A DNA stretch of 48,511 nucleotides. Source: a virus (Duplodnaviria > Caudoviricetes). Under the pieces are notes generated by a model. The model saw nothing but the letters and a program-made list of their open reading frames with translations. It was not told where the DNA came from and searched no databases. The stretch covers positions 1 through 48,511 of IMG/VR virus record IMGVR_UViG_3300033153_006068. One strand, written 5' to 3'. Positions 38,155 to 46,572 of the stretch are shown here, in pieces; positions within the stretch are counted from its first letter, which is position 1; the number at the start of each line of letters is the position of its first letter. Made by a program: the position numbers and the translations under genes.

Positions 38155-38346
38155 ATGAATAAAAATGATGTGGAGGAGCAGGCTGAATGGGAGCTTTCAA
38201 TCGAGAGGTTCGAGCAGGCTGTTGAGGTAGAGAAGGAGCGACTCAGGAACCGTAAGGTATGGTTCCCGTATCGCATCCGTTTAATTAATGTGAATGCTGA
38301 AAAAAAGCCCACTACGGGATATTTATATCCGAATCTAAACAAATGA
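38155..38346 (+). CDS. Hypothetical protein
   Basis: Tiles operon. Confidence 0.55.
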   Translation: MNKNDVEEQAEWELSIERFEQAVEVEKERLRNRKVWFPYRIRLINVNAEKKPTTGYLYPNLNK

Positions 38347-38354
38347 GGTGAAAC

Positions 38355-38543
38355 ATGGTAGCTGATATCAACGGTAAGACCGCTAGGCAGATCGCTCAGG
38401 CAGAGCTGACAGCTGAGACTTCCAAGAAGAATGTTGGTCGTTATAAACAGTTGCTCAAGCAGATTCAGGACACCAAGGCGATTCTGGCCAATTTTCAACG
38501 CGAGCTGGAGGAGCTGGACGCAGAGGTTGAGAGTGGCCTATAG
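38355..38543 (+). CDS. Hypothetical coiled-coil protein
   Basis: GAGGTG RBS; helical composition. Confidence 0.6.
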   Translation: MVADINGKTARQIAQAELTAETSKKNVGRYKQLLKQIQDTKAILANFQRELEELDAEVESGL

Positions 38544-39096
38544 GTCATACCAGCACGGCATAGAGCGAGCCATCTTCCACCCATCGGTCGAGGTTCATTC
38601 CGGCCCATGGGTAGCGAGGATGGGTGACCTTAATCATGCTGGATGGAAGTTCGAGGTCGAGATGGGCGACTACGGTCGTGAAGCCCGTGTGGCGGCGAGG
38701 AACCCGCTCTCTGGCATGGTTGGGATGTTCCGTACCCCAGCCGAGGTGTTTAAGCACCAAGTTAGCAACAACGCCCTGTACTTTCCTGAGCAGCTCATTC
38801 TCACTGGTGAGCGTGGTGTATTCAGGGAAATGCAGATACCAAGGATGGAGGACATGGTGCGAGCCGACGTTGGCACGATGATACGGATGGAGCCGGTGGC
38901 CGAGTTCCAGATCCTCAAGCCATACGCCGACGATGAGCCGCAAGAGATTATCGTCACCCCTGACAAGGTGCCGATGCTGCTTGAGGAGATTCGCAAGGCT
39001 CAGGAGCCAGCCGCTCGTGAGCTATTACACAGGCAGAACCGCAGGGATGGTCTGCAGCTGATGAGGCAGGAAGCAAAAATTCTTACGTTTAAGTAA
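38533..39096 (+). CDS. Hypothetical protein
   Basis: GAGG RBS before GTG 38533. Confidence 0.6.
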   Translation: MAYRSYQHGIERAIFHPSVEVHSGPWVARMGDLNHAGWKFEVEMGDYGREARVAARNPLSGMVGMFRTPAEVFKHQVSNNALYFPEQLILTGERGVFREMQIPRMEDMVRADVGTMIRMEPVAEFQILKPYADDEPQEIIVTPDKVPMLLEEIRKAQEPAARELLHRQNRRDGLQLMRQEAKILTFK

Positions 39097-39119
39097 CAAT
39101 CGTTACCGAGAGGCACGAT

Positions 39120-39425
39120 ATGAATACAGCAGCTGATACAAAAAATTGGTGGCTCACCGGTAAGAAAACACTACGAGGAGATCATGAGCTTGGCGGCGTC
39201 TGGGGAGACCATATTACTTTTATGGATGACCAGTTTTGGGATGGTGAGAGTGATGTCGTAATTAAAGCCTATGGTCATAAACCGGTAGCGCCGAAGGTTG
39301 GTGAGACAGCGGTGGGAAGGTTTATGGTTTTCGATATTAAGTTCGAGATAATCAAGGTGAGGCGGTGTGACAACCCAGACGATATGTTTTTTCTTGATAT
39401 GGTGCCAGTAGAGAAGGTGGCGTAA
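39120..39425 (+). CDS. Hypothetical protein
   Basis: GAGG RBS. Confidence 0.6.
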   Translation: MNTAADTKNWWLTGKKTLRGDHELGGVWGDHITFMDDQFWDGESDVVIKAYGHKPVAPKVGETAVGRFMVFDIKFEIIKVRRCDNPDDMFFLDMVPVEKVA

Positions 39426-39640
39426 TGAAAAACTGTAGAACATGCAAGTACGCACAATGGCACCGGTCACCAACTGGGCGCAGGTTGTTCGGTAATTACG
39501 CACCCTGCACCGTACCCATTGATTTATCCATGCTACCAGCTTCGGCTCGTGATGCTCGCCGCTTGCTTGAGAGAAATGAGCTGGGTGTGGCGATGTACGA
39601 CAACAAGCCACTGGACTGCGCGAGGTACGAGAAGCTATGA
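39425..39640 (+). CDS. Small Cys-rich hypothetical protein
   Basis: CRTCKY...C...C..Y pattern common in phage small proteins. Confidence 0.6.
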   Translation: MKNCRTCKYAQWHRSPTGRRLFGNYAPCTVPIDLSMLPASARDARRLLERNELGVAMYDNKPLDCARYEKL

Positions 39641-40101
39641 GAGAGTTCGTATACATCCAGAAGAACGTCCAGCAGATCAGGGCATTCACAAAGACGCTGC
39701 CACTCGATGGGACGTACAAGATTGTCTTCAAGAAGAACGACGCCGACCGCTCCAGTAAACAGAACAGATTGTCGCACAAGTGGTACGCGGAACGCTCAGT
39801 GGATACCGGCCTCGCCCCAGATGAGGAGAAGTGCTACTGCAAGTTAATGTATGGCTGTCCTATCCTGATTGAAGAGGATGAGGACTTCGCCTCCTTCTTT
39901 GATGTCGCTATTCGTAGGCTGCCCTATGACGAGATGATGAAGGCAATGAAGTATGTGCCGGTCACCAGCATTATGTCAGTGAAGCAGATGACTCGATACA
40001 TGCACGAGGTTGACCTTGCGAGTTCAGAGATAGGCATCCCACTTAGTAGGCCAGAGGATCTCTACTACGCAGCCATGGGCTACAAAAGGAAGAAGTCATG
40101 A
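39637..40101 (+). CDS. NinB-like recombination protein
   Basis: RSSKQNRLSHKWY...TSIMSVKQMTRYM resembles NinB RS..QN and TS.M motifs. Confidence 0.65.
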   Translation: MREFVYIQKNVQQIRAFTKTLPLDGTYKIVFKKNDADRSSKQNRLSHKWYAERSVDTGLAPDEEKCYCKLMYGCPILIEEDEDFASFFDVAIRRLPYDEMMKAMKYVPVTSIMSVKQMTRYMHEVDLASSEIGIPLSRPEDLYYAAMGYKRKKS

Positions 40102-40307
40102 ATAGAGAAATTCTTGAGACCAGAATAGGTAAAAATGTTGATGCCGCTATCGAAGTGGTAGACCTGTATGTCAGCATGATTCATGGGCTTATTAACCGTG
40201 ACGTCCTCACCAGTGAAGAAACCATAGAGGCAATGGAGCTGGCGAGCAAGATGACAAAGATGCAGTACCAGAACGTGCAGCTGCTGAAGGATTTATCTGA
40301 TGATTGA
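40098..40307 (+). CDS. Hypothetical protein
   Basis: ATGA overlap. Confidence 0.6.
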   Translation: MNREILETRIGKNVDAAIEVVDLYVSMIHGLINRDVLTSEETIEAMELASKMTKMQYQNVQLLKDLSDD

Positions 40308-40629
40308 TCTCTTTAAACGCAAGCCATACCGCAATAAAAAGATCACCAAGTCAGCTCGCGGGGAGACATGCACACTGCGACTCCCCGGGTGTGACGGTGG
40401 TGGAGAGACCACGGTTTGGGCGCACTCAAACTACTCAGAGGATGGTAAGGGTAAGGGTGTGAAGGCTGACGACATCTTCGGCTGCTACGCCTGCGACAAC
40501 TGTCACGGAATCCTCGATGGCAGAAAGGTGTCGTTCATGACGATAAGTGGTGATGAGCTGCGTGACCAGTTCCATCGAGCCATGAAGGTATCGATTCGTC
40601 GCTTGCTGGACAAGGGGATTATTTCTTAA
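40300..40629 (+). CDS. DUF1364/YbcO-family putative nuclease
   Basis: SARGETCTLRLPGC...TTVWAH...GKGVKADD...ACDNCH..LDGR. Confidence 0.85.
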   Translation: MIDLFKRKPYRNKKITKSARGETCTLRLPGCDGGGETTVWAHSNYSEDGKGKGVKADDIFGCYACDNCHGILDGRKVSFMTISGDELRDQFHRAMKVSIRRLLDKGIIS

Positions 40630-40711
40630 TGGCGCAGTGCGCCGGTCTGGTGGAGTTGATTAATAGCGATGACAACACCTCAGCATCAAAGATAATCGGG
40701 AGAATGAACCA

Positions 40712-41254
40712 ATGAGTGAAGAGAAGATAATTTGCAGTCATAAATTCGCAAAAAAACCAGAGGTTAGGTGCGATAAAGCTGGGGGCCATAGCGGAGGACA
40801 TTCCTCATATCACGATACAGGCGGGGACACTTTTAAGCATTATATATGGAACGATGATAGCGAGGTTCCGGTAGTGCCAGAGGAGTATGGCCGTGCCTTT
40901 TCAGTAAATTATGATGACGGGCATGATGAGCGACAAAGAATCATGGATTTAGCTATTCTTGATGCCAAAAAAACGCTATCAACAGGAGTTGGAGTTATAT
41001 TTGAGGTAAGAGCCAAAGAGACACCAAAGAAAACAATCTCTGACTATGGTAGAGCTATACAAACAAGGGATGAGGCAGCAAAAGAGTGGGGCATCTGTTG
41101 GTATTATGTTCCACACGTTAAGCAGCCTGCTGGGCTTGATGGGACATACAGTTGGCTGTCAACCGCAGCAGAGCCACTATTTCAAGGCGATGTGGATTGT
41201 GGTGAGAGAATAGAGCTTGGTGGGTATATTTTATTGGCTAGAATCAAGGCGTAA
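40712..41254 (+). CDS. Hypothetical protein
   Basis: 180-aa ORF with N-terminal C..C..H..H cluster; AT-richer. Confidence 0.55.
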   Translation: MSEEKIICSHKFAKKPEVRCDKAGGHSGGHSSYHDTGGDTFKHYIWNDDSEVPVVPEEYGRAFSVNYDDGHDERQRIMDLAILDAKKTLSTGVGVIFEVRAKETPKKTISDYGRAIQTRDEAAKEWGICWYYVPHVKQPAGLDGTYSWLSTAAEPLFQGDVDCGERIELGGYILLARIKA

Positions 41255-41304
41255 GCCGAGTGAGGCGAGTACATTTGAGTTTACTCCGGGCGACCTGTTA
41301 GGAC

Positions 41305-41333
41305 TTGAAACAGGCTGCGTACCCTGCTACGCT
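41305..41333 (+). promoter_or_regulatory. Sigma70-type promoter
   Basis: TTGAAA-17-TACGCT with TGn in an intergenic gap. Confidence 0.6.
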
Positions 41334-41357
41334 TTATCCCAATATCGGGAGAAATAA

Positions 41358-41597
41358 ATGAGTGGCGAGACAGAATTGGGGCCAGACTCTGCGCGAGCAA
41401 AGAAGAGTCGGGCCAAACGACTTGGTCAGGGTTACACGAGATTTGACTGCCTCGTGAATCCGCAGACCTCTAAGTACGCACTACGGATCATGCGACTACG
41501 CGGGTTCGGGAATAAAACTGAGATGCTTGAGATGTTACTGAACGAAGAAAATATCAGATTGCGAAAGCCAAAGGGCAGCGATGATGTCGAGGGTTAG
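41358..41597 (+). CDS. Putative ribbon-helix-helix DNA-binding protein
   Basis: Basic N-term, strand TRFDCLV, two helices ending NKTEMLEMLL. Confidence 0.45.
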   Translation: MSGETELGPDSARAKKSRAKRLGQGYTRFDCLVNPQTSKYALRIMRLRGFGNKTEMLEMLLNEENIRLRKPKGSDDVEG

Positions 41598-41769
41598 CGT
41601 CACACGAATGGAGCAGTTCATCGGCAAAGAGATAGAGATGGTTGTCGCTGGTGAGGAGGGCTCAAGGATCGGCATCCTGCGAGGGGTGGATGGTCGTATG
41701 GCAAAGTTCAGTGACTTTGATGTCTGGATACCCAGCATCAAAGATGTAGCAGAGATACCGCTCAGGTAG
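41581..41769 (+). CDS. Hypothetical small beta protein
   Basis: Tiles operon. Confidence 0.5.
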   Translation: MMSRVSVTRMEQFIGKEIEMVVAGEEGSRIGILRGVDGRMAKFSDFDVWIPSIKDVAEIPLR

Positions 41770-41818
41770 GTGCCATGCCTCCTGAGTGGCTTTAAATAGC
41801 CACCGAAGGAGGTGCGTC

Positions 41819-42010
41819 ATGGTAAGTGAACTACTTAGCACTATGCGTCACACTAAAGTCTCTCAGGGCTTCGATGTGAAACTGATTAAATTAACTCAGC
41901 GCCAGTACAATGAGCTGAGGCAGGAGATGCTGAGCAACATGCGTTATCACGGTGTTGTTGTCGATGGCGAGGTGCCAAGCCTTAACGGGGCGACTATCGA
42001 GGTGGTATGA
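41819..42010 (+). CDS. Hypothetical protein
   Basis: AAGGAGG RBS before ATG 41819. Confidence 0.6.
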   Translation: MVSELLSTMRHTKVSQGFDVKLIKLTQRQYNELRQEMLSNMRYHGVVVDGEVPSLNGATIEVV

Positions 42011-42099
42011 TTCCCTCGACAGCTCATCAGCCCTCCCGACCTCGCCGCTGATGTAGTGCCTCTCGCCCAACCCATGTGGCGTTGTCAGAACAGGGGGAT
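42010..42099 (+). ncRNA. Candidate small structured RNA (three-way junction)
   Basis: Nested helices incl. CATCAGC/GCTGATG and GACAGC/GTTGTC in an intergenic gap before a terminator. Confidence 0.35.
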
Positions 42100-42101
42100 G
42101 A

Positions 42102-42130
42102 GAAGCCCCTTAATTGGGGCTTTTCTTTTT
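42102..42130 (+). terminator. Intrinsic terminator
   Basis: AAGCCCC-TTAATT-GGGGCTT followed by TTCTTTTT. Confidence 0.8.
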
Positions 42131-42141
42131 GGAGGATGAAA

Positions 42142-42468
42142 ATGTCAGATTGCAGGCACACCCACTACCACAATGGTCACTACATGACCGGCAAGAAGAT
42201 AGCTCGCATCACCAAGTCACGCAAAGGCAACAATATCTGCTGGATATCAGATCAGATCCCCACCTGCCAAGACTGCGGCGCTGACATCTCAGAACACGAC
42301 ATCCACGAGGTGCTGACCGCCGAGGAGTATGTGGAGATGCACTGCGTGACACCGGAACCGGAGAAAGAGAAGCGGGTGATCGGAAACGAGCGCATCAGGC
42401 AGGCGGAGCAAAAACTGAAGAACCACCAAGCCAAGGCGAAAGCAGTGGGACAGGAGAGTTTATTTTGA
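42142..42468 (+). CDS. Hypothetical Zn-binding protein
   Basis: GGAGG RBS before ATG 42142; CRH...CQDCG. Confidence 0.55.
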   Translation: MSDCRHTHYHNGHYMTGKKIARITKSRKGNNICWISDQIPTCQDCGADISEHDIHEVLTAEEYVEMHCVTPEPEKEKRVIGNERIRQAEQKLKNHQAKAKAVGQESLF

Positions 42469-42671
42469 GACATACCGTGCTGGCGATATGCACTGCCTAT
42501 GAGCAGGGGTACGGTCATGGCTACGACCAGCGCAACCTAAGCAACCCCTACGGCGATAAAACCTCCAATGCGTGGCAGGCATGGGACTACGGATACAGTG
42601 AGGGCAACCGGAAGCGTGTCGAGTACGACCTTAACGAAGCCGAGGATAGAACAAGTGGGCAGATGGAATAG
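42465..42671 (+). CDS. Second RMF/CrpP-fold-like small protein
   Basis: AGGAG RBS, TTG start; AYEQGYGHG...NPY...AWDYGY. Confidence 0.5.
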   Translation: MRHTVLAICTAYEQGYGHGYDQRNLSNPYGDKTSNAWQAWDYGYSEGNRKRVEYDLNEAEDRTSGQME

Positions 42672-42951
42672 AAGGGTGGACGACAACCAGCCAGACATAG
42701 TGAAGGCGCTCAGGGGCTGTGGCTGTAGCGTCGCCATTACCTCCAATCTTGGCGAGGGCTTCCCTGATATTGTGGTTGGCATCTGCGGGAAGAACTATCT
42801 GATTGAGATTAAAAATGGCGACTTGCCACCATCAGCCAGAAAGCTCACTGACGATGAGCGTGAATTCATGCAGGGGTGGTGCGGTCAGTACAGCATCATT
42901 GAGTCGGTCGGTGAGGCCATTAAGTTCGTGAGCGCAGTGAGGAAATTATGA
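42655..42951 (+). CDS. VRR-NUC-like PD-(D/E)XK nuclease (possible resolvase)
   Basis: [31 protein letters not shown]. Confidence 0.75.
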   Translation: MGRWNRRVDDNQPDIVKALRGCGCSVAITSNLGEGFPDIVVGICGKNYLIEIKNGDLPPSARKLTDDEREFMQGWCGQYSIIESVGEAIKFVSAVRKL

Positions 42952-43421
42952 TTTTAGAGATAGGCAGTATTGCACCAGCATTAACGCAGCGCGAGCGCAG
43001 ACATGGTCGCACCGTTGTGATGACTAACGGGTGCTTCGATATTCTTCATGCCGGCCACATCTACAGCCTGAGAGAGGCCAAGGCACTCGGTGATGTGCTG
43101 GTGGTGGCGGTTAACTCAGATAGCTCGGTACGCAAGCTGAAGGGCGACACGCGACCCGTGGTGCGCCTTGCTGACCGCATGGCCGTCCTCGATGCACTGG
43201 AGATGGTGGACTACGTTGTGTCGTTTGGTGATGAGACACCGGAGCGCCTCATCTGTGAGGTGCTGCCGGATGTGCTGGCCAAGGGTGGTGACTACAAGGT
43301 GCATGAGATAGCTGGCCATCGTTGTGTGCAGGCCAATGGCGGGAGGGTTGTCATCATGCCGCTACTCGACGGTAAATCGACCACCAAGATGATAGAAAAG
43401 GTGGTTGAATTAAATAAGTGA
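42948..43421 (+). CDS. rfaE2: D-glycero-beta-D-manno-heptose 1-phosphate adenylyltransferase (HldE domain II / RfaE2 / HldC)
   Basis: [59 protein letters not shown]. Confidence 0.92.
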   Translation: MILEIGSIAPALTQRERRHGRTVVMTNGCFDILHAGHIYSLREAKALGDVLVVAVNSDSSVRKLKGDTRPVVRLADRMAVLDALEMVDYVVSFGDETPERLICEVLPDVLAKGGDYKVHEIAGHRCVQANGGRVVIMPLLDGKSTTKMIEKVVELNK

Positions 43422-43427
43422 ATCCTG

Positions 43428-43456
43428 TTGCATGGCCTGTCGTGCGCTGCTATATT
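43428..43456 (+). promoter_or_regulatory. Sigma70-type promoter
   Basis: TTGCAT-17-TATATT with TGn. Confidence 0.65.
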
Positions 43457-43494
43457 GAAACCTGACTATATTAGAAGCCGGTTACGAGGTATTT

Positions 43495-43962
43495 ATGAGG
43501 CATAGGTGTCACAACCGCGAGTTCCCAGAGTTCACAGTCGTACAGGATGGGTGGGCCAACGCCAACGGAAAATTTGGTGACGGCATGTATCGAGTGCCAC
43601 ACATGGTGGAGATCCCATTCAAAGGTAGCCGCGAGTGCCACCAGTGGGATAAACCAGATGGGGCGATATACATAGGTGTCACCGACCCCGCTGGGTGTTA
43701 CGGGTGCAAGTGGGTGCCGCGCAACTACCATACCGAGGTGCGGCTGATAATGAAGGATGGCGACATCATCGATGGTATCAATGGTGATGACAGTACGTTT
43801 ATCTTGATGCACAACCCAGCAAAGGTAATGGAGGCATACTTCAGGATGGTAATGCCTAAGCAGGGTATCGATGACGACTGGCACCCGCTGGTGGTAGATA
43901 TGCCGTACCCACCTGAGAGTTGGAGAATTGGCGATACAGTTCAGTACAGGAGGAGGTGGTGA
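43495..43962 (+). CDS. Hypothetical protein
   Basis: GAGG RBS; Cys-containing N-half. Confidence 0.55.
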   Translation: MRHRCHNREFPEFTVVQDGWANANGKFGDGMYRVPHMVEIPFKGSRECHQWDKPDGAIYIGVTDPAGCYGCKWVPRNYHTEVRLIMKDGDIIDGINGDDSTFILMHNPAKVMEAYFRMVMPKQGIDDDWHPLVVDMPYPPESWRIGDTVQYRRRW

Positions 43963-44132
43963 TGGAGATTAAATGTAGGGACTGTGGCTGGGAGGGTGAC
44001 TGGGCCGACCTTAAACCAATCAAGTATGATGGTGGTCATATACCGGCCTGCCCAAAGTGTACCGGTATCAAATTTTCTGAGCAGATGGATATAGAAGACG
44101 ATGACGCAGGAACGGAAACACTACGAGACTGA
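43962..44132 (+). CDS. Small Zn-ribbon protein
   Basis: AGGAGG RBS; CRDCGWEG...CPKC. Confidence 0.65.
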   Translation: MEIKCRDCGWEGDWADLKPIKYDGGHIPACPKCTGIKFSEQMDIEDDDAGTETLRD

Positions 44133-44550
44133 GACCGACCGCCGCCGAGAGGATTGGGTGGCCAAGCGATTCGCACTGAAGACTGGCGTACTGCAGCACG
44201 AGCTGCCAGAGAACTCGCGCATCGACCGGCTGCTGACGGACAAGAATCACAAGCCACGCGGCTGGGCCGAGATTAAGTGTAGGACTCATGAGTGTGGTCA
44301 CTATGATACCTATGCAATCTCTGAGACAAAGTTTAAGACGATGCTGTGGATGAAGAAGGCCACCAATTTACCTGTAATGCTCGTGGTAGGGTTCATGGAC
44401 TTGGTTGCGTGGATAGATGTTACATCGCTCGGCGGGTTGCGTGTAGTGGAGGGAGGGAGGACTGACCGTGATGACCCACTCGATGTGGAGCGTGTGGTGC
44501 TGATACCGATCACCAAGTTTCACTACATCCATCCCGAGGAGGAGCTATGA
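44101..44550 (+). CDS. Putative PD-(D/E)XK-fold nuclease
   Basis: E...IDRLL...WAEIKCR. Confidence 0.55.
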   Translation: MTQERKHYETETDRRREDWVAKRFALKTGVLQHELPENSRIDRLLTDKNHKPRGWAEIKCRTHECGHYDTYAISETKFKTMLWMKKATNLPVMLVVGFMDLVAWIDVTSLGGLRVVEGGRTDRDDPLDVERVVLIPITKFHYIHPEEEL

Positions 44551-44741
44551 CAGAGCGGCATGAGGTTCAGGGGATGAGAGAGGCTGTAGGGGATGTTTTG
44601 CTTGAGGTAGTGTATGAGTCTGAAACCACGGGCGAAAGCGATGAGTTTAATTCAAAGATGGATGAAGCTGCCGCGCTCCTCAGTCTCGGAATCAGTAAGC
44701 TGAGGGAGGCCGAGAACATGCTTCCGCACACAGAGAGGTGA
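44547..44741 (+). CDS. Hypothetical protein
   Basis: GGAGGAG RBS, ATGA overlap. Confidence 0.6.
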   Translation: MTERHEVQGMREAVGDVLLEVVYESETTGESDEFNSKMDEAAALLSLGISKLREAENMLPHTER

Positions 44742-45070
44742 GTATGAACAGGCGAGGATTTTTAAAGTCGATAGTGGCTGTGGCGGTAGGCGCTACACTG
44801 CCAATGCGATCACAGGCTGAGACATTTATCGGTGTTGACCCAGCTGCTGGAGAAGATCACAGCGCAGTGATGCGGTCAGGTGAGATTGGTGAGTATGAGG
44901 GGTTCCGGTTTATCGAGACTACCAACACCAAGTCAGTAGGCCAGACATGGGATATCGACGGTGGCTACATACTGACGCAGCAGCAGGAGGATGAGCTACT
45001 GAAGCAGATGCACCCGGCCACCAAGTTCAATTACTTTGTTGCACTCGAAACATCGGGGCATGAGTCATGA
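44738..45070 (+). CDS. Twin-arginine (Tat) signal-bearing small protein
   Basis: NRRGFLK + hydrophobic SIVAVAVGATL + SQA cleavage-like site; start 44738 or 44744. Confidence 0.75.
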   Translation: MSMNRRGFLKSIVAVAVGATLPMRSQAETFIGVDPAAGEDHSAVMRSGEIGEYEGFRFIETTNTKSVGQTWDIDGGYILTQQQEDELLKQMHPATKFNYFVALETSGHES

Positions 45071-45381
45071 AAGAGCCGAAAGCGTTTGACCCCATGTGGC
45101 CGGAGGGGTTGCAGAGCGGGACAGCTTACCAAGTGCTGTGTGACGACAAGGGAAGGCAGGGTGGGTCTTGGTTAAATGTTTATATCTCCTGTGACGGTGA
45201 CGCTCACGTTGCCATGCAGGACTGGGAAAACATCAAGGAAGATCCAGATTCTCGGCCAGACCCATTCCCCAGTATTCGAGTACGCACCCTCGTGGGTGGT
45301 GGAAGAAACCACCGGACACATCAGGCGCTACTATGGCTTGCTGATGCGATACGACGCGACAACGAGGAAAATAACCGATGA
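45067..45381 (+). CDS. Hypothetical protein
   Basis: ATGA overlaps. Confidence 0.6.
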   Translation: MKEPKAFDPMWPEGLQSGTAYQVLCDDKGRQGGSWLNVYISCDGDAHVAMQDWENIKEDPDSRPDPFPSIRVRTLVGGGRNHRTHQALLWLADAIRRDNEENNR

Positions 45382-45566
45382 CGGCTGACCGCGACGAGAA
45401 GATAGCGACCCTAATCCATGGCTCGGTATCGAGCTTAGAGATAAACCTCACCAAGTATCTCGCTGAGAGTGATGAGGCTGAGATATCCCACTTACAACAG
45501 CGGCTGGCATCGTTAGAGTTCGAGGCAAGGCAGCTGGTTAGTCCAGAGGGGCAGAGTAGTGAGTGA
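45378..45566 (+). CDS. Hypothetical protein
   Basis: GAGG RBS, ATGA overlap. Confidence 0.55.
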   Translation: MTADRDEKIATLIHGSVSSLEINLTKYLAESDEAEISHLQQRLASLEFEARQLVSPEGQSSE

Positions 45567-45786
45567 CCTACCTATGCCGGTCAACGCGTCATTCAATGAG
45601 TCAACTGCCGATTACGGCAGGATGCTCATGATTGAGTACAGCGTTAGGATTGGTAGCTATTACTATAGTCATGGGTTGTCGATGTCCGGCGTTGATGGTG
45701 CAGAGGGGGCGTTCAGGGCGCGTCACATCGAAGCACTGAGAGGGCGACACCTCTGGGATTTTTGGCGCTACCTTGGGGCAGCGTAG
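45559..45786 (+). CDS. Hypothetical protein
   Basis: Tiles operon. Confidence 0.5.
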   Translation: MSDLPMPVNASFNESTADYGRMLMIEYSVRIGSYYYSHGLSMSGVDGAEGAFRARHIEALRGRHLWDFWRYLGAA

Positions 45787-45798
45787 ACTGCATCAATT

Positions 45799-45807
45799 TG
45801 ATATAAT
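45799..45807 (+). promoter_or_regulatory. Extended -10 element upstream of TerS
   Basis: TGATATAAT in an intergenic gap; no good -35. Confidence 0.45.
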
Positions 45808-45831
45808 ATTCACCGGTTTGGAGGTGACACG

Positions 45832-46533
45832 ATGGCTACCCGAAGGAAGGGCGCGGTCAAGAAAGTAGCCACCAAAAAAGTGGTGAAGAAGACGGCGAAG
45901 AAGAAGGCACTGGTCAAGAGGCGACCAAGGGCTTTGACAGTAAAGCAGATAGAGAAGCGCGTAGCTGACAAGATGACCATGCTCAGGGTGATGCACGACC
46001 TTGATGAGGAGCTGGACGACTTTAGGCTCAATGTTGCCCAGACACTACTGCGGGAGCATGTGTTCTCCAAGTACGAGGACATTACTGATGCTCTGGCAAG
46101 GGAGGTAGAGATACCACTCACCGGTAGACAGCCCATCTACCAGCCCGAGTGGATGCTACAGGTCACACTGGCACTGATGGCTGCAGGGGCCAGCATCATA
46201 GAGCTGGCAGCCACGATAGGGATAAACAGGGATACACTGAATGAGTGGACGAAGCAGGATTCGGATTACTTCAAGCCAATCTTTTCCGACACCATAAAAT
46301 TGGGTACTGATTTATCACATGGTTGGTGGGAGCGAACAGGCAGGAAGAATATAGGCAACAAGGACTTCAGTTACACCGGCTGGTACATGAACATGAAGAA
46401 CAGATTTGGGTGGAAGGATAAGGCGGAAATGGCACCCGCACTCCCGAATCACACAACACCAGAGGAGCGAGTGATTGAAGGCTCCGATTGGATAGAGGTC
46501 GAGGCGAAGATGAAAAAACTAGATCAGAAGTAG
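45832..46533 (+). CDS. Terminase small subunit (putative)
   Basis: GRQPIY, GASIIELAATIGINRDTLNEW (HTH), GWWE..GR, WYMNMKNRFGWKDK; Lys-rich N-terminal extension. Confidence 0.7.
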   Translation: MATRRKGAVKKVATKKVVKKTAKKKALVKRRPRALTVKQIEKRVADKMTMLRVMHDLDEELDDFRLNVAQTLLREHVFSKYEDITDALAREVEIPLTGRQPIYQPEWMLQVTLALMAAGASIIELAATIGINRDTLNEWTKQDSDYFKPIFSDTIKLGTDLSHGWWERTGRKNIGNKDFSYTGWYMNMKNRFGWKDKAEMAPALPNHTTPEERVIEGSDWIEVEAKMKKLDQK

Positions 46534-46572
46534 GTGCCACCCCGCAGGGCGCATCGCATAAGGAGATAAGCG

